Positions 16,883 through 25,611 of a stretch of 32,000 nt of DNA are shown piece by piece. The notes beneath the pieces are model-generated. The model was given only the letters and a program-made list of their open reading frames with translations. It did no database searches and was not told the origin of the DNA. The stretch is from NCBI GenBank assembly GCA_016700375.1, contig CP065016.1, positions 1,110,001 through 1,142,000 of the forward strand, in the 5' to 3' direction. Position numbers and translations under genes: made by a program. Each line of letters starts with the position of its first letter. Position 1 is the first letter of the stretch. The DNA is from Candidatus Saccharimonadota bacterium (lineage in GTDB: Bacteria; Patescibacteriota; Saccharimonadia; Saccharimonadales; UBA4665).

Positions 16883-17440
16883 CTAGTCAACCCTGACTAA
16901 ATACTGTCCCAAATCGGCGCGCATGATGCTTTCGCGTTTGGCCGGGTGGCCATCGGCTTCGACGATGAGCGTCATGAGTGGTTCGGTGCTGGAAGGTAGG
17001 GCTGGCAGGCTGATGACGCCCAGCTCATCCGTTGTCGCTTCGGTAAGTACTTCGCTGACGGGGTTACATGGTGCTTTGATGCACTGTACTTTGACTTCAC
17101 TTGAAACCTTCACGCGGGTACGGGCGAGCGGCTGCGCCTTTGCTCCATTTGTTATAACAACCAGCGTCACTTGCGAGGGTTTTGTGCCAGCACTCGGCAC
17201 ATTCACGCCAAAGGTTATGCCCCGCTCGAAAAGCTGGCGGGCATAATCGGTGTTGGTGCAAAGCGGGTCGGTTGTGGTGTAGTTTGCAGTTGCGCGGTCG
17301 CAGCGCAAGGCTTTTGAGATGTCATTTGTGTCGGTGTTTGTAGGGGCATTACCTCGTTTAGAAAGCAGTAGGAAAGTCACGCCAGCGCCAACGACAATGA
17401 GGCAGGCAAGTATGATGATGAGTTGTGAACGTTTTTTCAT
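16883..17440 (-). CDS. hypothetical membrane-anchored/secreted protein
   Basis: ORF 16883..17458(-) trimmed to ATG 17440 (MKKRSQLIIILACLIVVGAGV, a signal-anchor). No family recognised. Confidence 0.5.
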   Translation of the reverse strand: MKKRSQLIIILACLIVVGAGVTFLLLSKRGNAPTNTDTNDISKALRCDRATANYTTTDPLCTNTDYARQLFERGITFGVNVPSAGTKPSQVTLVVITNGAKAQPLARTRVKVSSEVKVQCIKAPCNPVSEVLTEATTDELGVISLPALPSSTEPLMTLIVEADGHPAKRESIMRADLGQYLVRVD

Positions 17441-17446
17441 ACCCCC

Positions 17447-17452
17447 AGTATA
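17447..17452 (-). promoter_or_regulatory. candidate -10 box (TATACT) 6 nt upstream of ATG 17440
   Basis: The minus strand reads tatact-gggggt-ATG. Confidence 0.35.
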
Positions 17453-17470
17453 GCGCATGGTTTAGGCGTC

Positions 17471-18193
17471 TTACGCGCGCTTGCCAAATATACCTTTTTT
17501 CGCAAGGTATGGCATGACAATGAGGCCGTTAATATCGAGCAGTGCATGGACAGCCATAGGTACAAAAATAGTTCCGCTGCTCATGAAAAGTTTGAGAAAT
17601 ACCCAGCCAATGACGGTAGTTGCAAGCACAACCTTCCAGCCACCGTAGAGATGCTCAATCCCAAAAACAAGAAGCGCTAGACCCATCGATACGGCCGCGT
17701 TGCCAGTGACAAGAAAAAGGAGCGCGGGCAGCATGGCGCGGAAGAAAAGTTCTTCGGTAATACCGGCCGTTACCGACATACCGACAGCCAGCCATCGCTC
17801 TTTGGTTGTAGTAGGGACAAGTGCTTCTTGCGGTGCCTCGCGGCGCTTTTTCAGACTACGTTTGACTCGCCAGCCAACAATGAAGGCTGCAATGAGAAGC
17901 CCTATCACGACGCCAATGATGACACTGGTGTCGTGTTCGCTATTGCCGCTCAGACTGATGAATGCAGAGCTGTCGCTGCGGGCAATCGGCTCAAACAGAT
18001 AGTGGACGTGTCCAGCGAGTAGTAAAAGCGTTGCTGCTGGAAGGGCAAAAATTAGCCAGGACTGACTAATCCAGCGCAGGTATAACCTGCTTCTTTCTTT
18101 TGTGCGTATGAGCTCGGCGTAATCTTTGACGCCGGTGTAGGTTGAGTAAGCCGATATGGCGAGTGCGACCAGAAGTAGGGGTAAAAATGACAA
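17471..18193 (-). CDS. CPBP-family intramembrane glutamic endopeptidase (CAAX protease/Abi family)
   Basis: Multi-pass membrane protein with the motifs ITEELFFRAML (EExxxR), FGIEHLYG (FxxxH) and AVHALLD. TTG start with a ggaga RBS. Confidence 0.8.
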   Translation of the reverse strand: MSFLPLLLVALAISAYSTYTGVKDYAELIRTKERSRLYLRWISQSWLIFALPAATLLLLAGHVHYLFEPIARSDSSAFISLSGNSEHDTSVIIGVVIGLLIAAFIVGWRVKRSLKKRREAPQEALVPTTTKERWLAVGMSVTAGITEELFFRAMLPALLFLVTGNAAVSMGLALLVFGIEHLYGGWKVVLATTVIGWVFLKLFMSSGTIFVPMAVHALLDINGLIVMPYLAKKGIFGKRA

Positions 18194-18236
18194 AGAGTTT
18201 TCTCCGTATTACGGTTGAATGAAATGATATAACTCT

Positions 18237-18242
18237 TATACT
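18237..18242 (+). promoter_or_regulatory. candidate -10 box (TATACT) 8 nt upstream of ATG 18251
   Basis: tatact-ataccatt-ATG. Confidence 0.4.
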
Positions 18243-18250
18243 ATACCATT

Positions 18251-18787
18251 ATGAAATACGTTGCGTTGCTGCGCGGGATTAATGTAGGAGGCAACCGCAA
18301 AGTGCCGATGGCAGAGCTTAAGACTGCGTTTGAGCAGTGTGGCTTTAGTGATGTCAGGACGTACATAAACTCTGGCAATGTCATTTTCGAATCGCTCAAG
18401 AAGCCAAATGTGAGCGCTATGCAAAATACGTTATTGTCAACCTTTGGGTTTGAAATACCGCTCCTTATCCTCGACGGCGACCGCATTTGCCGCATTGCCG
18501 AAGCGATTCCGGAAGGGTGGCAAAACGACACCACACAGAAGTCAGACATAGCCTACCTATTTCCAGCGGCGGACGATGCGACTATTACCATGAAACTCGG
18601 CTGCAATGCAGACATAGAAACGGCGGTATATGTAGAGGGCGCACTGTTGTACTCCGTTGAGCGCAAAAACCAACATCGCAGCAGCCTGCTCAGGGTAGTA
18701 GGTACGCCACTGTACCAACAGATGACCATTCGTAACCTAAACACTGCCCGTAAGCTAGCTGAACTTTGCTACGCTCGTTCGCAGTGA
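18251..18787 (+). CDS. DUF1697 domain protein
   Basis: MKYVALLRGINVGGNRKVPMAELK...VRTYINSGNVIF is the signature N-terminus of DUF1697. Confidence 0.8.
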   Translation: MKYVALLRGINVGGNRKVPMAELKTAFEQCGFSDVRTYINSGNVIFESLKKPNVSAMQNTLLSTFGFEIPLLILDGDRICRIAEAIPEGWQNDTTQKSDIAYLFPAADDATITMKLGCNADIETAVYVEGALLYSVERKNQHRSSLLRVVGTPLYQQMTIRNLNTARKLAELCYARSQ

Positions 18788-18788
18788 G

Positions 18789-18794
18789 TATACT
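18789..18794 (+). promoter_or_regulatory. candidate -10 box (TATACT) 8 nt upstream of ATG 18803
   Basis: tatact-agctctat-ATG. Confidence 0.4.
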
Positions 18795-18802
18795 AGCTCT
18801 AT

Positions 18803-19180
18803 ATGACAAGAATCACAAAACAGCTCCTGGCACTGTTTTATGCAATGGCAGTATTGGCTCAGGTATTTGTAATTACAAAAGTCATTCCCATTGCTTGGGT
18901 AAATGGCGGGCGGAGCGAGTCCTTCAGTGAGCAGGCAGGCTTGTCTGTAGCTAGCATTTTCTTGATTGCGCTCATTGGATTACTCACTTGGTATCTTATA
19001 GCTCAAAAAAATCGCAAATTTGGTATGGCAGGACTCGTTATTATCACAATCTGGTGGCTTGGATCCCTGCCGCTGCAGCTACTTGGTACATCTTTTGAAA
19101 AACTGGTGCTTGCACCGCTTCATGCATTTGGGATTTTTGCGTATGCCCGTGCAATACTCACAGTGAAAGCTTTGAAGTGA
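18803..19180 (+). CDS. hypothetical integral membrane protein (about 4 TM)
   Basis: 125 aa and hydrophobic throughout. The stop overlaps the GTG start of the next gene (GTGA). Confidence 0.5.
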   Translation: MTRITKQLLALFYAMAVLAQVFVITKVIPIAWVNGGRSESFSEQAGLSVASIFLIALIGLLTWYLIAQKNRKFGMAGLVIITIWWLGSLPLQLLGTSFEKLVLAPLHAFGIFAYARAILTVKALK

Positions 19181-19908
19181 GCCATGTGCAAACTGCCAAA
19201 ATGGTTATGGATAACCTGAAAAAGTATGTCAGTGATGCCGACGCGGTGAACTTGCAGTGGTTTTTCAAGACGGGGCCGGGGGAGTATGGCGAAGGTGACC
19301 AATTCATCGGCGTCCGCGTGCCGATGATACGGAAGATATGTAAAGAGTTCAAACAGTTGTCGCTTGCTGAGGTACAAAAACTCATCGAAAGTCCGTTTCA
19401 CGAACACCGCATGGCAGGGCTCATTATACTGACGCTGCAATACCCACACGCATCAACGAGAGCGAAAAACGACATATTTGACCTCTATATGCGTGAGCTA
19501 ACCAAGCGAAATATCAATAACTGGGATCTCGTTGACGTTACTTGCCGTCACATTGTCGGTGAACATGTGCGAGAAAACCGTGCAGTGTTGTACAAACTTG
19601 CGAATAGCGACAACCTGTGGGAACGGCGTGTGAGCATCATTAGCACATTTGCCTACATTGCTCGAGGTGATGCGACTACCTCACTTGAATTGGCCGAATT
19701 ATTACTACATGACCGTGAGGACCTCATGCATAAAGCTGTTGGCTGGACGCTGCGCGAAGTCGGCAAACGCTGCGATGAACAACTGCTACGCAATTTTCTT
19801 AATCGACATGCGCACCATATGCCACGCACCGCTTTGCGGTACGCTATTGAACATTTGCCCCCGGCTGACCGACAGCACTACATGAAAAAGAAAGACACTA
19901 GTTACTAG
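19177..19908 (+). CDS. DNA alkylation repair protein (AlkC/AlkD-like HEAT-repeat family)
   Basis: NLQWFFKTGPGEYGEGDQFIGVRVPMIRK...HEHRMAGLIIL...NNWDLVD...LWERRVSII...HKAVGWTLRE is the pattern of the DNA_alkylation family. Confidence 0.75.
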   Translation: MSHVQTAKMVMDNLKKYVSDADAVNLQWFFKTGPGEYGEGDQFIGVRVPMIRKICKEFKQLSLAEVQKLIESPFHEHRMAGLIILTLQYPHASTRAKNDIFDLYMRELTKRNINNWDLVDVTCRHIVGEHVRENRAVLYKLANSDNLWERRVSIISTFAYIARGDATTSLELAELLLHDREDLMHKAVGWTLREVGKRCDEQLLRNFLNRHAHHMPRTALRYAIEHLPPADRQHYMKKKDTSY

Positions 19909-20296
19909 TGGTAATGCTTAGCTGGAGGACGCTAGCAAGGCTAACCCACAGAAGGTAAGGAATAAATAGGAACGCAACGATGCGGTTGTGCGGCCAAATG
20001 GCAACCATTAACCAAATGATAGTTGCCCATACGATGAGGATGCACGTGGCTGCCCCTACGAGGCTGCGCAGCCCAAACTGAATGGGCGTAAATGCAATAT
20101 TCGCGACTACATTTATGATAAAAGGTAGGAGTACGATGAAGGGGATTTCTTTTCGAGCGTACAGCATCCATACGTAAATATTGACACCAATAATTATGGG
20201 ATACAGGAGCGTCCAGATGGTGCCAATGATATTTGGGCTTGGTGTCCACGAAGGTTTCGTGAGCGCATCATACCACTGCATAGTGTCATTGTTCAT
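19898..20296 (-). CDS. tspO: TspO/MBR family tryptophan-rich sensory protein
   Basis: ORF 19898..20377(-) trimmed to ATG 20296 (MNNDTMQWYDALTKPSWTPSPNIIGTIWTLLYPIIG..., the canonical TspO N-terminus). 5 TM. Confidence 0.8.
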   Translation of the reverse strand: MNNDTMQWYDALTKPSWTPSPNIIGTIWTLLYPIIIGVNIYVWMLYARKEIPFIVLLPFIINVVANIAFTPIQFGLRSLVGAATCILIVWATIIWLMVAIWPHNRIVAFLFIPYLLWVSLASVLQLSITTSN

Positions 20297-20377
20297 GAGC
20301 TTAAGTATGGACGGTACGAACTTTTTTGCCAAACGAAAAATTCCTGCTTGAGGTATACTAAAACAAAAGGAGGGCAT

Positions 20378-20770
20378 ATGGAATTAGTCAAGCAACTTGT
20401 GGTGGCGGGTGGCGTCATGGGGGCGCTGGACTGGATTTGGCTTGGAACGGTCGCGAAAACGTTTTATCGCTCGCAAATCGGTAAACTCCTACTCGACAAG
20501 CCAAATATGACGGCTGCAGTATTGTTTTACGTTATTTACGTAGTTGGAGTGGTGACATTTGTCATCTCGCCGGCTCTTGAAAGGGGTTCGCTCGGCTACG
20601 CCCTGACACGCGGCGCGCTCTTTGGCTTTGTGGCGTATGCCACCTATGACTTAACAAACCTTGCCACCATCAAAGGCTTTACCACCAAAGTTGTTGTGGT
20701 TGATTTGGCTTGGGGGGCACTGCTGACGGCCACGGTCGCGGGTGTGACATTCGCCATACTGCACCGCTGA
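20378..20770 (+). CDS. DUF2177 family membrane protein
   Basis: ORF trimmed to ATG 20378, preceded by aaggaggg. GALDWIWLG...FYRSQIG...GALFGFVAYATYDLTNLATIKGF. Confidence 0.7.
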   Translation: MELVKQLVVAGGVMGALDWIWLGTVAKTFYRSQIGKLLLDKPNMTAAVLFYVIYVVGVVTFVISPALERGSLGYALTRGALFGFVAYATYDLTNLATIKGFTTKVVVVDLAWGALLTATVAGVTFAILHR

Positions 20771-21627
20771 TGAAACGCCTGCTGCAACTATTTTTCGTCG
20801 GGTATGTGGTTTTGTCTGTTGCGACACTTGTTCGTTATGGCATGCTTGGAAACGTATTCAGCAAAATGGCACTGTGTTGGCTGGCTGGCCTGCTCCTGCT
20901 GACTCTATTCTTTGCGGTCGCACTTGCTCGGCAGCGGTTTGATTTGGTGGACACTGCCTGGGGCTTGACCTTTATGGCTATTGCCACAAGCGCCTTTGTA
21001 ATTGGCCCCTATACAGTCGGGTTAAACGCGGCTACAGTAGTTTTAGGGCTGGTGTGCATTTGGGGGCTTCGGCTGGCGTGGCACATTGGGCGCCGGTTTT
21101 TGCGTTCCTCCAGTACAGATGAACGCTACGTTGAACTCATGAAAAAATGGCGCGGTAACAGAGCGCTAAATGCCTATGTTCGTATATATGGAGTGCAGTC
21201 GCTCTTGGCACTACTAGTATCTATACCAGTTATTCATATTTGCATCAGTCAAGGGGTAGCTTGGAATATATGGATGCAACTAGGTGTCTTAGTATGGGCT
21301 GTAGGCTTTTGGTGTGAGACGCTGGCTGATGCGCAGCTAAAGCGCTTTCTGGCGAACCCAGTAAACCGCGGCAAGCTCATGACTCACGGTCTTTGGAAAT
21401 ATTCGCGCTACCCAAACTACTTTGGCGAACTCACTATGTGGTGGGGAGTTGCGCTCATGTCGCTCGGCACCGCACATGGCTGGGTGGGCTTGGGTGGCGC
21501 GGCTGTCATAACCTATCTCATAGTCTACGTTTCCGGCATCCCCCCAAAAGAGGCGAGACTAAAAACCAGACATGGCTGGGAGGACTATGCAAAAAAGACC
21601 AGACTACTTCTACCGGCTCCCAGATAG
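20770..21627 (+). CDS. DUF1295 / steroid 5-alpha-reductase-like membrane protein
   Basis: ORF trimmed to ATG 20770 (ATGA overlap with the upstream stop). HGLWKYSRYPNYFGELTMWWGVAL is the family signature. Confidence 0.75.
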   Translation: MKRLLQLFFVGYVVLSVATLVRYGMLGNVFSKMALCWLAGLLLLTLFFAVALARQRFDLVDTAWGLTFMAIATSAFVIGPYTVGLNAATVVLGLVCIWGLRLAWHIGRRFLRSSSTDERYVELMKKWRGNRALNAYVRIYGVQSLLALLVSIPVIHICISQGVAWNIWMQLGVLVWAVGFWCETLADAQLKRFLANPVNRGKLMTHGLWKYSRYPNYFGELTMWWGVALMSLGTAHGWVGLGGAAVITYLIVYVSGIPPKEARLKTRHGWEDYAKKTRLLLPAPR

Positions 21628-21670
21628 GTTGTCAAACACAAGCTTTTATGCTAGTATATCTTCATAAATT

Positions 21671-21913
21671 ATGAGCGAATTTACTGGCGATGTTTATCTT
21701 GGTACTCGTGTCGGTCGAAGGCGGGCTGAAGGTGCGTATAATTCAGTTTTTGAGAAGGCAAAGAATGCCATACTGGATGTTATTAAACGAGATTGGGAAT
21801 ATGGAAATCGCAATGTAGGCCAGGTCACCATGTCCGTACCATCTACTTTTGGTGTTGAGGATTATCATGAATATAGATTACAAAATCGGCCGGATGACGG
21901 GGAAAAGCAATAG
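21671..21913 (+). CDS. hypothetical small protein
   Basis: 80-aa ORF with no overlapping alternative. No family recognised. Confidence 0.4.
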   Translation: MSEFTGDVYLGTRVGRRRAEGAYNSVFEKAKNAILDVIKRDWEYGNRNVGQVTMSVPSTFGVEDYHEYRLQNRPDDGEKQ

Positions 21914-21963
21914 AAAGATAAACGCGTCTTTAGGCATAATGCAGTAAGGCTACTCCCATTATT

Positions 21964-23571
21964 TTGAGCGAAGAATTGGCTAATAAATTAAAAGAGTTGC
22001 CCAAAACCCCAGGGGTGTATTTTCATAAGTCAGCCTCAGGGGAGATTATTTATGTGGGGAAGGCGGCGGTGCTGCGCAACCGGGTACGGCAGTATTTTCA
22101 GGCAAGTCGGTCGCGCGACCCAAAAACAGAGGCGTTGGTAGCAGAAATAGTCGATACCGATTGGATGGAAGTGGAAAGTGAGCTTGAAGCGCTGTTCCTC
22201 GAGGCTGAGATGATTCGCCGCTATATGCCACGCTATAACATTTTGCTGCGCGACGATAAGGCCATGAGCTACATACGCATCGACATCGATAGCGATTACC
22301 CCACAGTTAGTACCACGCGCCGACCGCTCGATGATGGTGCACGTTACTACGGCCCGTACTTTTCGACTACGGGCGTTCGTGCGGCACTCAAACTGCTGCG
22401 CCGTATTTTTCCCTTTGCCTACAAAAAACCAGCGGGACAAAAACGGGTGAGCCTGTACTATCACCTTGGCCTTGACCCTGGGTTGGAAGAAGGCAAGACA
22501 AACCTTGCCGATTACCGCGCAAACCTGCGCAAGCTCATAGCGGTCATAGAGGGTAAACGCGAGCGCATCATCCGCCAGGTGGAGAAAGAGATGAAAGTCG
22601 CCAGCAAAGCCCAAAACTTCGAGTTGGCTGCCAAACTGCGAAACCAAATGGCGGCACTGCAAAACCTTGGCCGCCAAGTCATCTTTAGCGACAAAGAATT
22701 TATGGATATCAGCAAAGACCATGCGCTTGGTGAGCTGGTTGACTTGCTGGGCCTAGCGAAATTTCCGCGTCGGATAGAGGGCTACGACATATCCCACATG
22801 CAGGGCACGAACGTTGTGGCGAGCATGGTTGTATTTACCAATGGCGTGAGCGACAAAGGCCAATACCGCAAGTTCAAAATGACCCGTCAGCAAAACGACG
22901 ACTTTTACAACATGCACGAAACCATTACTCGCCGCCTGAGCGATAAAAATATGAAAGCTTGGGGTAAGCCCGACCTGTTCCTCATAGACGGCGGCAAAGG
23001 CCAGCTAGACGCCGCGCTCCGCGCCCGCGCCGAGTTTGCGTCAAGGACGGACCCTGACGCAGTGCTGCGTCAGGGTCCGTCCTTGACGCAGGGATTCATG
23101 ATGCCCATGATAGGGCTGGCGAAGCGGGAAGAGCAGATTGTCATAAAAAAAGAGCAGAGTGCAGAGGGTAGAGGGCAAAGTTCGTCCGAGGTTGGCTCGA
23201 ACGTTACGCTAGATGTAAACGTGTTGCATAAACTCGGTGGGTACACCACTGAAACTGACGATTTTATTCTGGTAAATTTGCCCCACAGCACCAACCTTGT
23301 AAAACTACTGCAGCGTATACGCGACGAGTCTCACCGCTTTGCCGTGAGTTATCACTCTACGCTCAAAGTAAAACAGCAAACCGCTAGCGTGCTGGATGGC
23401 ATCCCCACCATTGGCCCGGCAACCCGCAAGAAACTCATTAAAACATTTGGCAGCGTGCGAGGTGTTATGCAGGCACGCGACTGGGAGCTCGCAAAAATTG
23501 TCGGCGATAAGAAGGCGGTAATTTTACGTCAATACCTACGGCCGGTTCAAAAGGAGCAAAGAAAAACATAA
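21964..23571 (+). CDS. uvrC: excinuclease ABC subunit C
   Basis: N-terminal GIY-YIG (PGVYFHKSASGEIIYVGKA...LRNRVRQYF), UvrB-interacting region, C-terminal nuclease motifs (IEGYDISHMQG, LIDGGKGQL, IGLAKREE, IRDESHRFAVSYH) and a terminal HhH. TTG start. Confidence 0.9.
   Translation: MSEELANKLKELPKTPGVYFHKSASGEIIYVGKAAVLRNRVRQYFQASRSRDPKTEALVAEIVDTDWMEVESELEALFLEAEMIRRYMPRYNILLRDDKAMSYIRIDIDSDYPTVSTTRRPLDDGARYYGPYFSTTGVRAALKLLRRIFPFAYKKPAGQKRVSLYYHLGLDPGLEEGKTNLADYRANLRKLIAVIEGKRERIIRQVEKEMKVASKAQNFELAAKLRNQMAALQNLGRQVIFSDKEFMDISKDHALGELVDLLGLAKFPRRIEGYDISHMQGTNVVASMVVFTNGVSDKGQYRKFKMTRQQNDDFYNMHETITRRLSDKNMKAWGKPDLFLIDGGKGQLDAALRARAEFASRTDPDAVLRQGPSLTQGFMMPMIGLAKREEQIVIKKEQSAEGRGQSSSEVGSNVTLDVNVLHKLGGYTTETDDFILVNLPHSTNLVKLLQRIRDESHRFAVSYHSTLKVKQQTASVLDGIPTIGPATRKKLIKTFGSVRGVMQARDWELAKIVGDKKAVILRQYLRPVQKEQRKT
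23037..23090. repeat. perfect 54-bp palindrome (26-bp arms, 2-nt centre) inside the uvrC reading frame
   Basis: tgcgtcaaggacggaccctgacgcag (23037..23062) / tg / ctgcgtcagggtccgtccttgacgca (23065..23090). Encodes ASRTDPDAVLRQGPSLTQ in frame. Confidence 0.9.
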
Positions 23572-23577
23572 GACACG

Positions 23578-23583
23578 TATAAT
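23578..23583 (+). promoter_or_regulatory. candidate -10 box (TATAAT) 9 nt upstream of ATG 23593
   Basis: tataat-ggagtgcat-ATG. An alternative GTG lies at 23587. Confidence 0.35.
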
Positions 23584-23592
23584 GGAGTGCAT

Positions 23593-24174
23593 ATGACTGC
23601 ACGGACGCATGATGTTGCTGCTCTTACTGCACTTACGTTGTGGATTCTGGCCGTGCCGCCCGGCAAGACTACAGTAGCCACAGCGCTGACGGCGGTGCTT
23701 GCAAACCAGCTTGGTGGGATTGCGCCAGACATAGACCAGCCCACGGCGCCACTGTGGCGCAATATACCGGTTGGGCGGTACTTTGGAAAGATTTTTGGGG
23801 CACTGGTGGGTGGGCATCGTTTCTTTTGCCACTCTATTTTGGGTGTTGCAGCATTTGGGGCGCTTAGTTTGCTACTACTCCAATTTTTGCAGCCAATTAT
23901 GCCGAACGTAGATATACATTTCGTCTGGGGCGCCTTTCTGACCGGTGTTGTGTCTCACCTCATTATGGATAGTTTCACCAAAGAAGGAGTGCCATGGCTG
24001 CTGCCCATTCCATTCAAATTTGGGTTTCCGCCGCTGCGTCGCCTGCGCGTGACTACCGGCAAAGGCATGGAAAACTTTGTTGTACTGCCGCTGCTCATTG
24101 CCATTACTACTTGGCTCTGCGCCAGCAATTACACGGCACTGGCCGAAATCATTCAGCGCAACCTCGTGAAGTAG
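23593..24174 (+). CDS. membrane-bound metal-dependent hydrolase, YdjM/DUF457 family
   Basis: MTARTHDVAAL...GGIAPDIDQPT...HRFFCHSILG...SHLIMDSFTKEGVPWLLP are the His/Asp motifs of DUF457. The ORF track starts at GTG 23587. Confidence 0.7.
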   Translation: MTARTHDVAALTALTLWILAVPPGKTTVATALTAVLANQLGGIAPDIDQPTAPLWRNIPVGRYFGKIFGALVGGHRFFCHSILGVAAFGALSLLLLQFLQPIMPNVDIHFVWGAFLTGVVSHLIMDSFTKEGVPWLLPIPFKFGFPPLRRLRVTTGKGMENFVVLPLLIAITTWLCASNYTALAEIIQRNLVK

Positions 24175-24271
24175 TTGTGAGATTTATTACAGCACGTCCT
24201 CTCCACCGGGCGTATAAAGAATATGGATATAAGGCGCTTAGTCTCTCAAATAAACAATAAGAGGAAACCAT

Positions 24272-24886
24272 ATGGCGGTAAAAGCTTCAATTACTCCTGA
24301 AGTGGGTGGAAACGTGCTTGTATTCCCAGAACGGGGCCAACGTCATGTAGTAGATGAACTTTCCTGGCTCCTTACAGGTATTGAAACTGCAGGTGTTACT
24401 TATGCAGGGCGAGAATCTCAAAAAGCTCTACTTTGTAAGGTATTCGGTATTGTGTTGGGAGCTACCGTACAGGATATTTCTCTCACGCGTACGCGCGCCC
24501 ATAGACTGGAACGCATAGAAAAAAAGATCAATATGCGAATTGCAGATTCTGATTCTTCAGGCAGACCCGTGTACAGAAATCAGATTAGGACCGTAACCGA
24601 AAATGTTCCGATAACGAGAGATACAACTCCGGCATGGCAGACACCCGTTGAAGTAGTAGCGAAAGTAAATGGCAAATATCTGCCGGTAGATTTGGCAGAC
24701 CATGACGCGGTGTTATCAGGACAAGAATTCACCAGTACTCTTAGAGATTTAATTCGTTATGCTGTTGATAATACTGAGCTCGTTTATGCCGCAGAAGCAG
24801 TCATGCCAACCATGGAAGAATTTATTGCTAAACCTGCCCCTAGGATTGGCGTTGTTGCACTCGCCTTAACTGGCACCGAAGGCTAA
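24272..24886 (+). CDS. hypothetical protein
   Basis: 204-aa ORF with RBS aagagga 7 nt upstream. No family or motif recognised. Confidence 0.5.
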   Translation: MAVKASITPEVGGNVLVFPERGQRHVVDELSWLLTGIETAGVTYAGRESQKALLCKVFGIVLGATVQDISLTRTRAHRLERIEKKINMRIADSDSSGRPVYRNQIRTVTENVPITRDTTPAWQTPVEVVAKVNGKYLPVDLADHDAVLSGQEFTSTLRDLIRYAVDNTELVYAAEAVMPTMEEFIAKPAPRIGVVALALTGTEG

Positions 24887-24969
24887 TTTGCCCGCTACAA
24901 TGTGATAAAAATTACCGACTGCCGATCGCATATAATGCATAATTAGAATCGAGCTTCTAAAACAAATAC

Positions 24970-25611
24970 ATGGCAAATTTTTCCGAAATGTCTCGAAATT
25001 CAATTCCAGGTTCGGCGGTTAGACCGCAAGAAATTGATTTTGCTGCAGAAGTAGACTCATTTATTGCCAGTCTAGAAGAGCAATTGAAACCCGCAGGCCC
25101 TATACGTCAGCGTCAGGATAATGCAATCGAACATTTGAGGCGTTTTGGACTAGCGCCGAGGGAACAGATTGATACCGTTAGGGCAGATTTGGAGCGGGCG
25201 CTCGGTTTTGAGTGCCGAATACTTCGAGTTATTCGGGCGGTAATAGCTTCTGCTGATGGCGGTGAGCGCACCGTGACACGGCTGATTGCAGGCGGATACC
25301 AGCAAATAAGTGACGAAGTGGTCGACCCCACGGTACGGGTTATAGATAACTGGGATGGACACCAAAACAATCTGAGCGACGAAACAAGGACTCGGCTGTG
25401 GCAGCTGTGTGCCAATACAGAAAACCCCGTTTACATTGCCGCTGGTGCGCAGGATAGGTTTGAAGGTGACATCCATGAGGCACTTGTTGCTGTTGGACGA
25501 GACCAGGGCATACCGGTGCGCGATGCTTACCGCCTTGGTGGCCCTGCGGTAAGCGGTGTTCGTGAGCCACAGAGCTTTGTTGAATGGTCGCAGTACTCGC
25601 TTACTGCTTGA
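24970..25611 (+). CDS. hypothetical protein
   Basis: 213-aa ORF with its own upstream tacaat/tataat boxes (24897..24936). Helical N-half. No family recognised. Confidence 0.5.
   Translation: MANFSEMSRNSIPGSAVRPQEIDFAAEVDSFIASLEEQLKPAGPIRQRQDNAIEHLRRFGLAPREQIDTVRADLERALGFECRILRVIRAVIASADGGERTVTRLIAGGYQQISDEVVDPTVRVIDNWDGHQNNLSDETRTRLWQLCANTENPVYIAAGAQDRFEGDIHEALVAVGRDQGIPVRDAYRLGGPAVSGVREPQSFVEWSQYSLTA

Noticed and set aside
22036-22722. Long antisense or overlapping ORFs inside well-supported genes: 22036..22722(-), 716..1234(-), 1266..1625(-), 5047..5562(-), 6265..6633(-), 12143..12583(-), 12837..13214(-), 25150..25629(-), 26138..26542(-), 29321..29833(-), 29896..30240(-).
   Set aside because: They are shadow frames of genes with clear family motifs on the opposite strand or in another frame. 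Their translations are low-complexity (R/S/C/P-rich) with no motifs or RBS.
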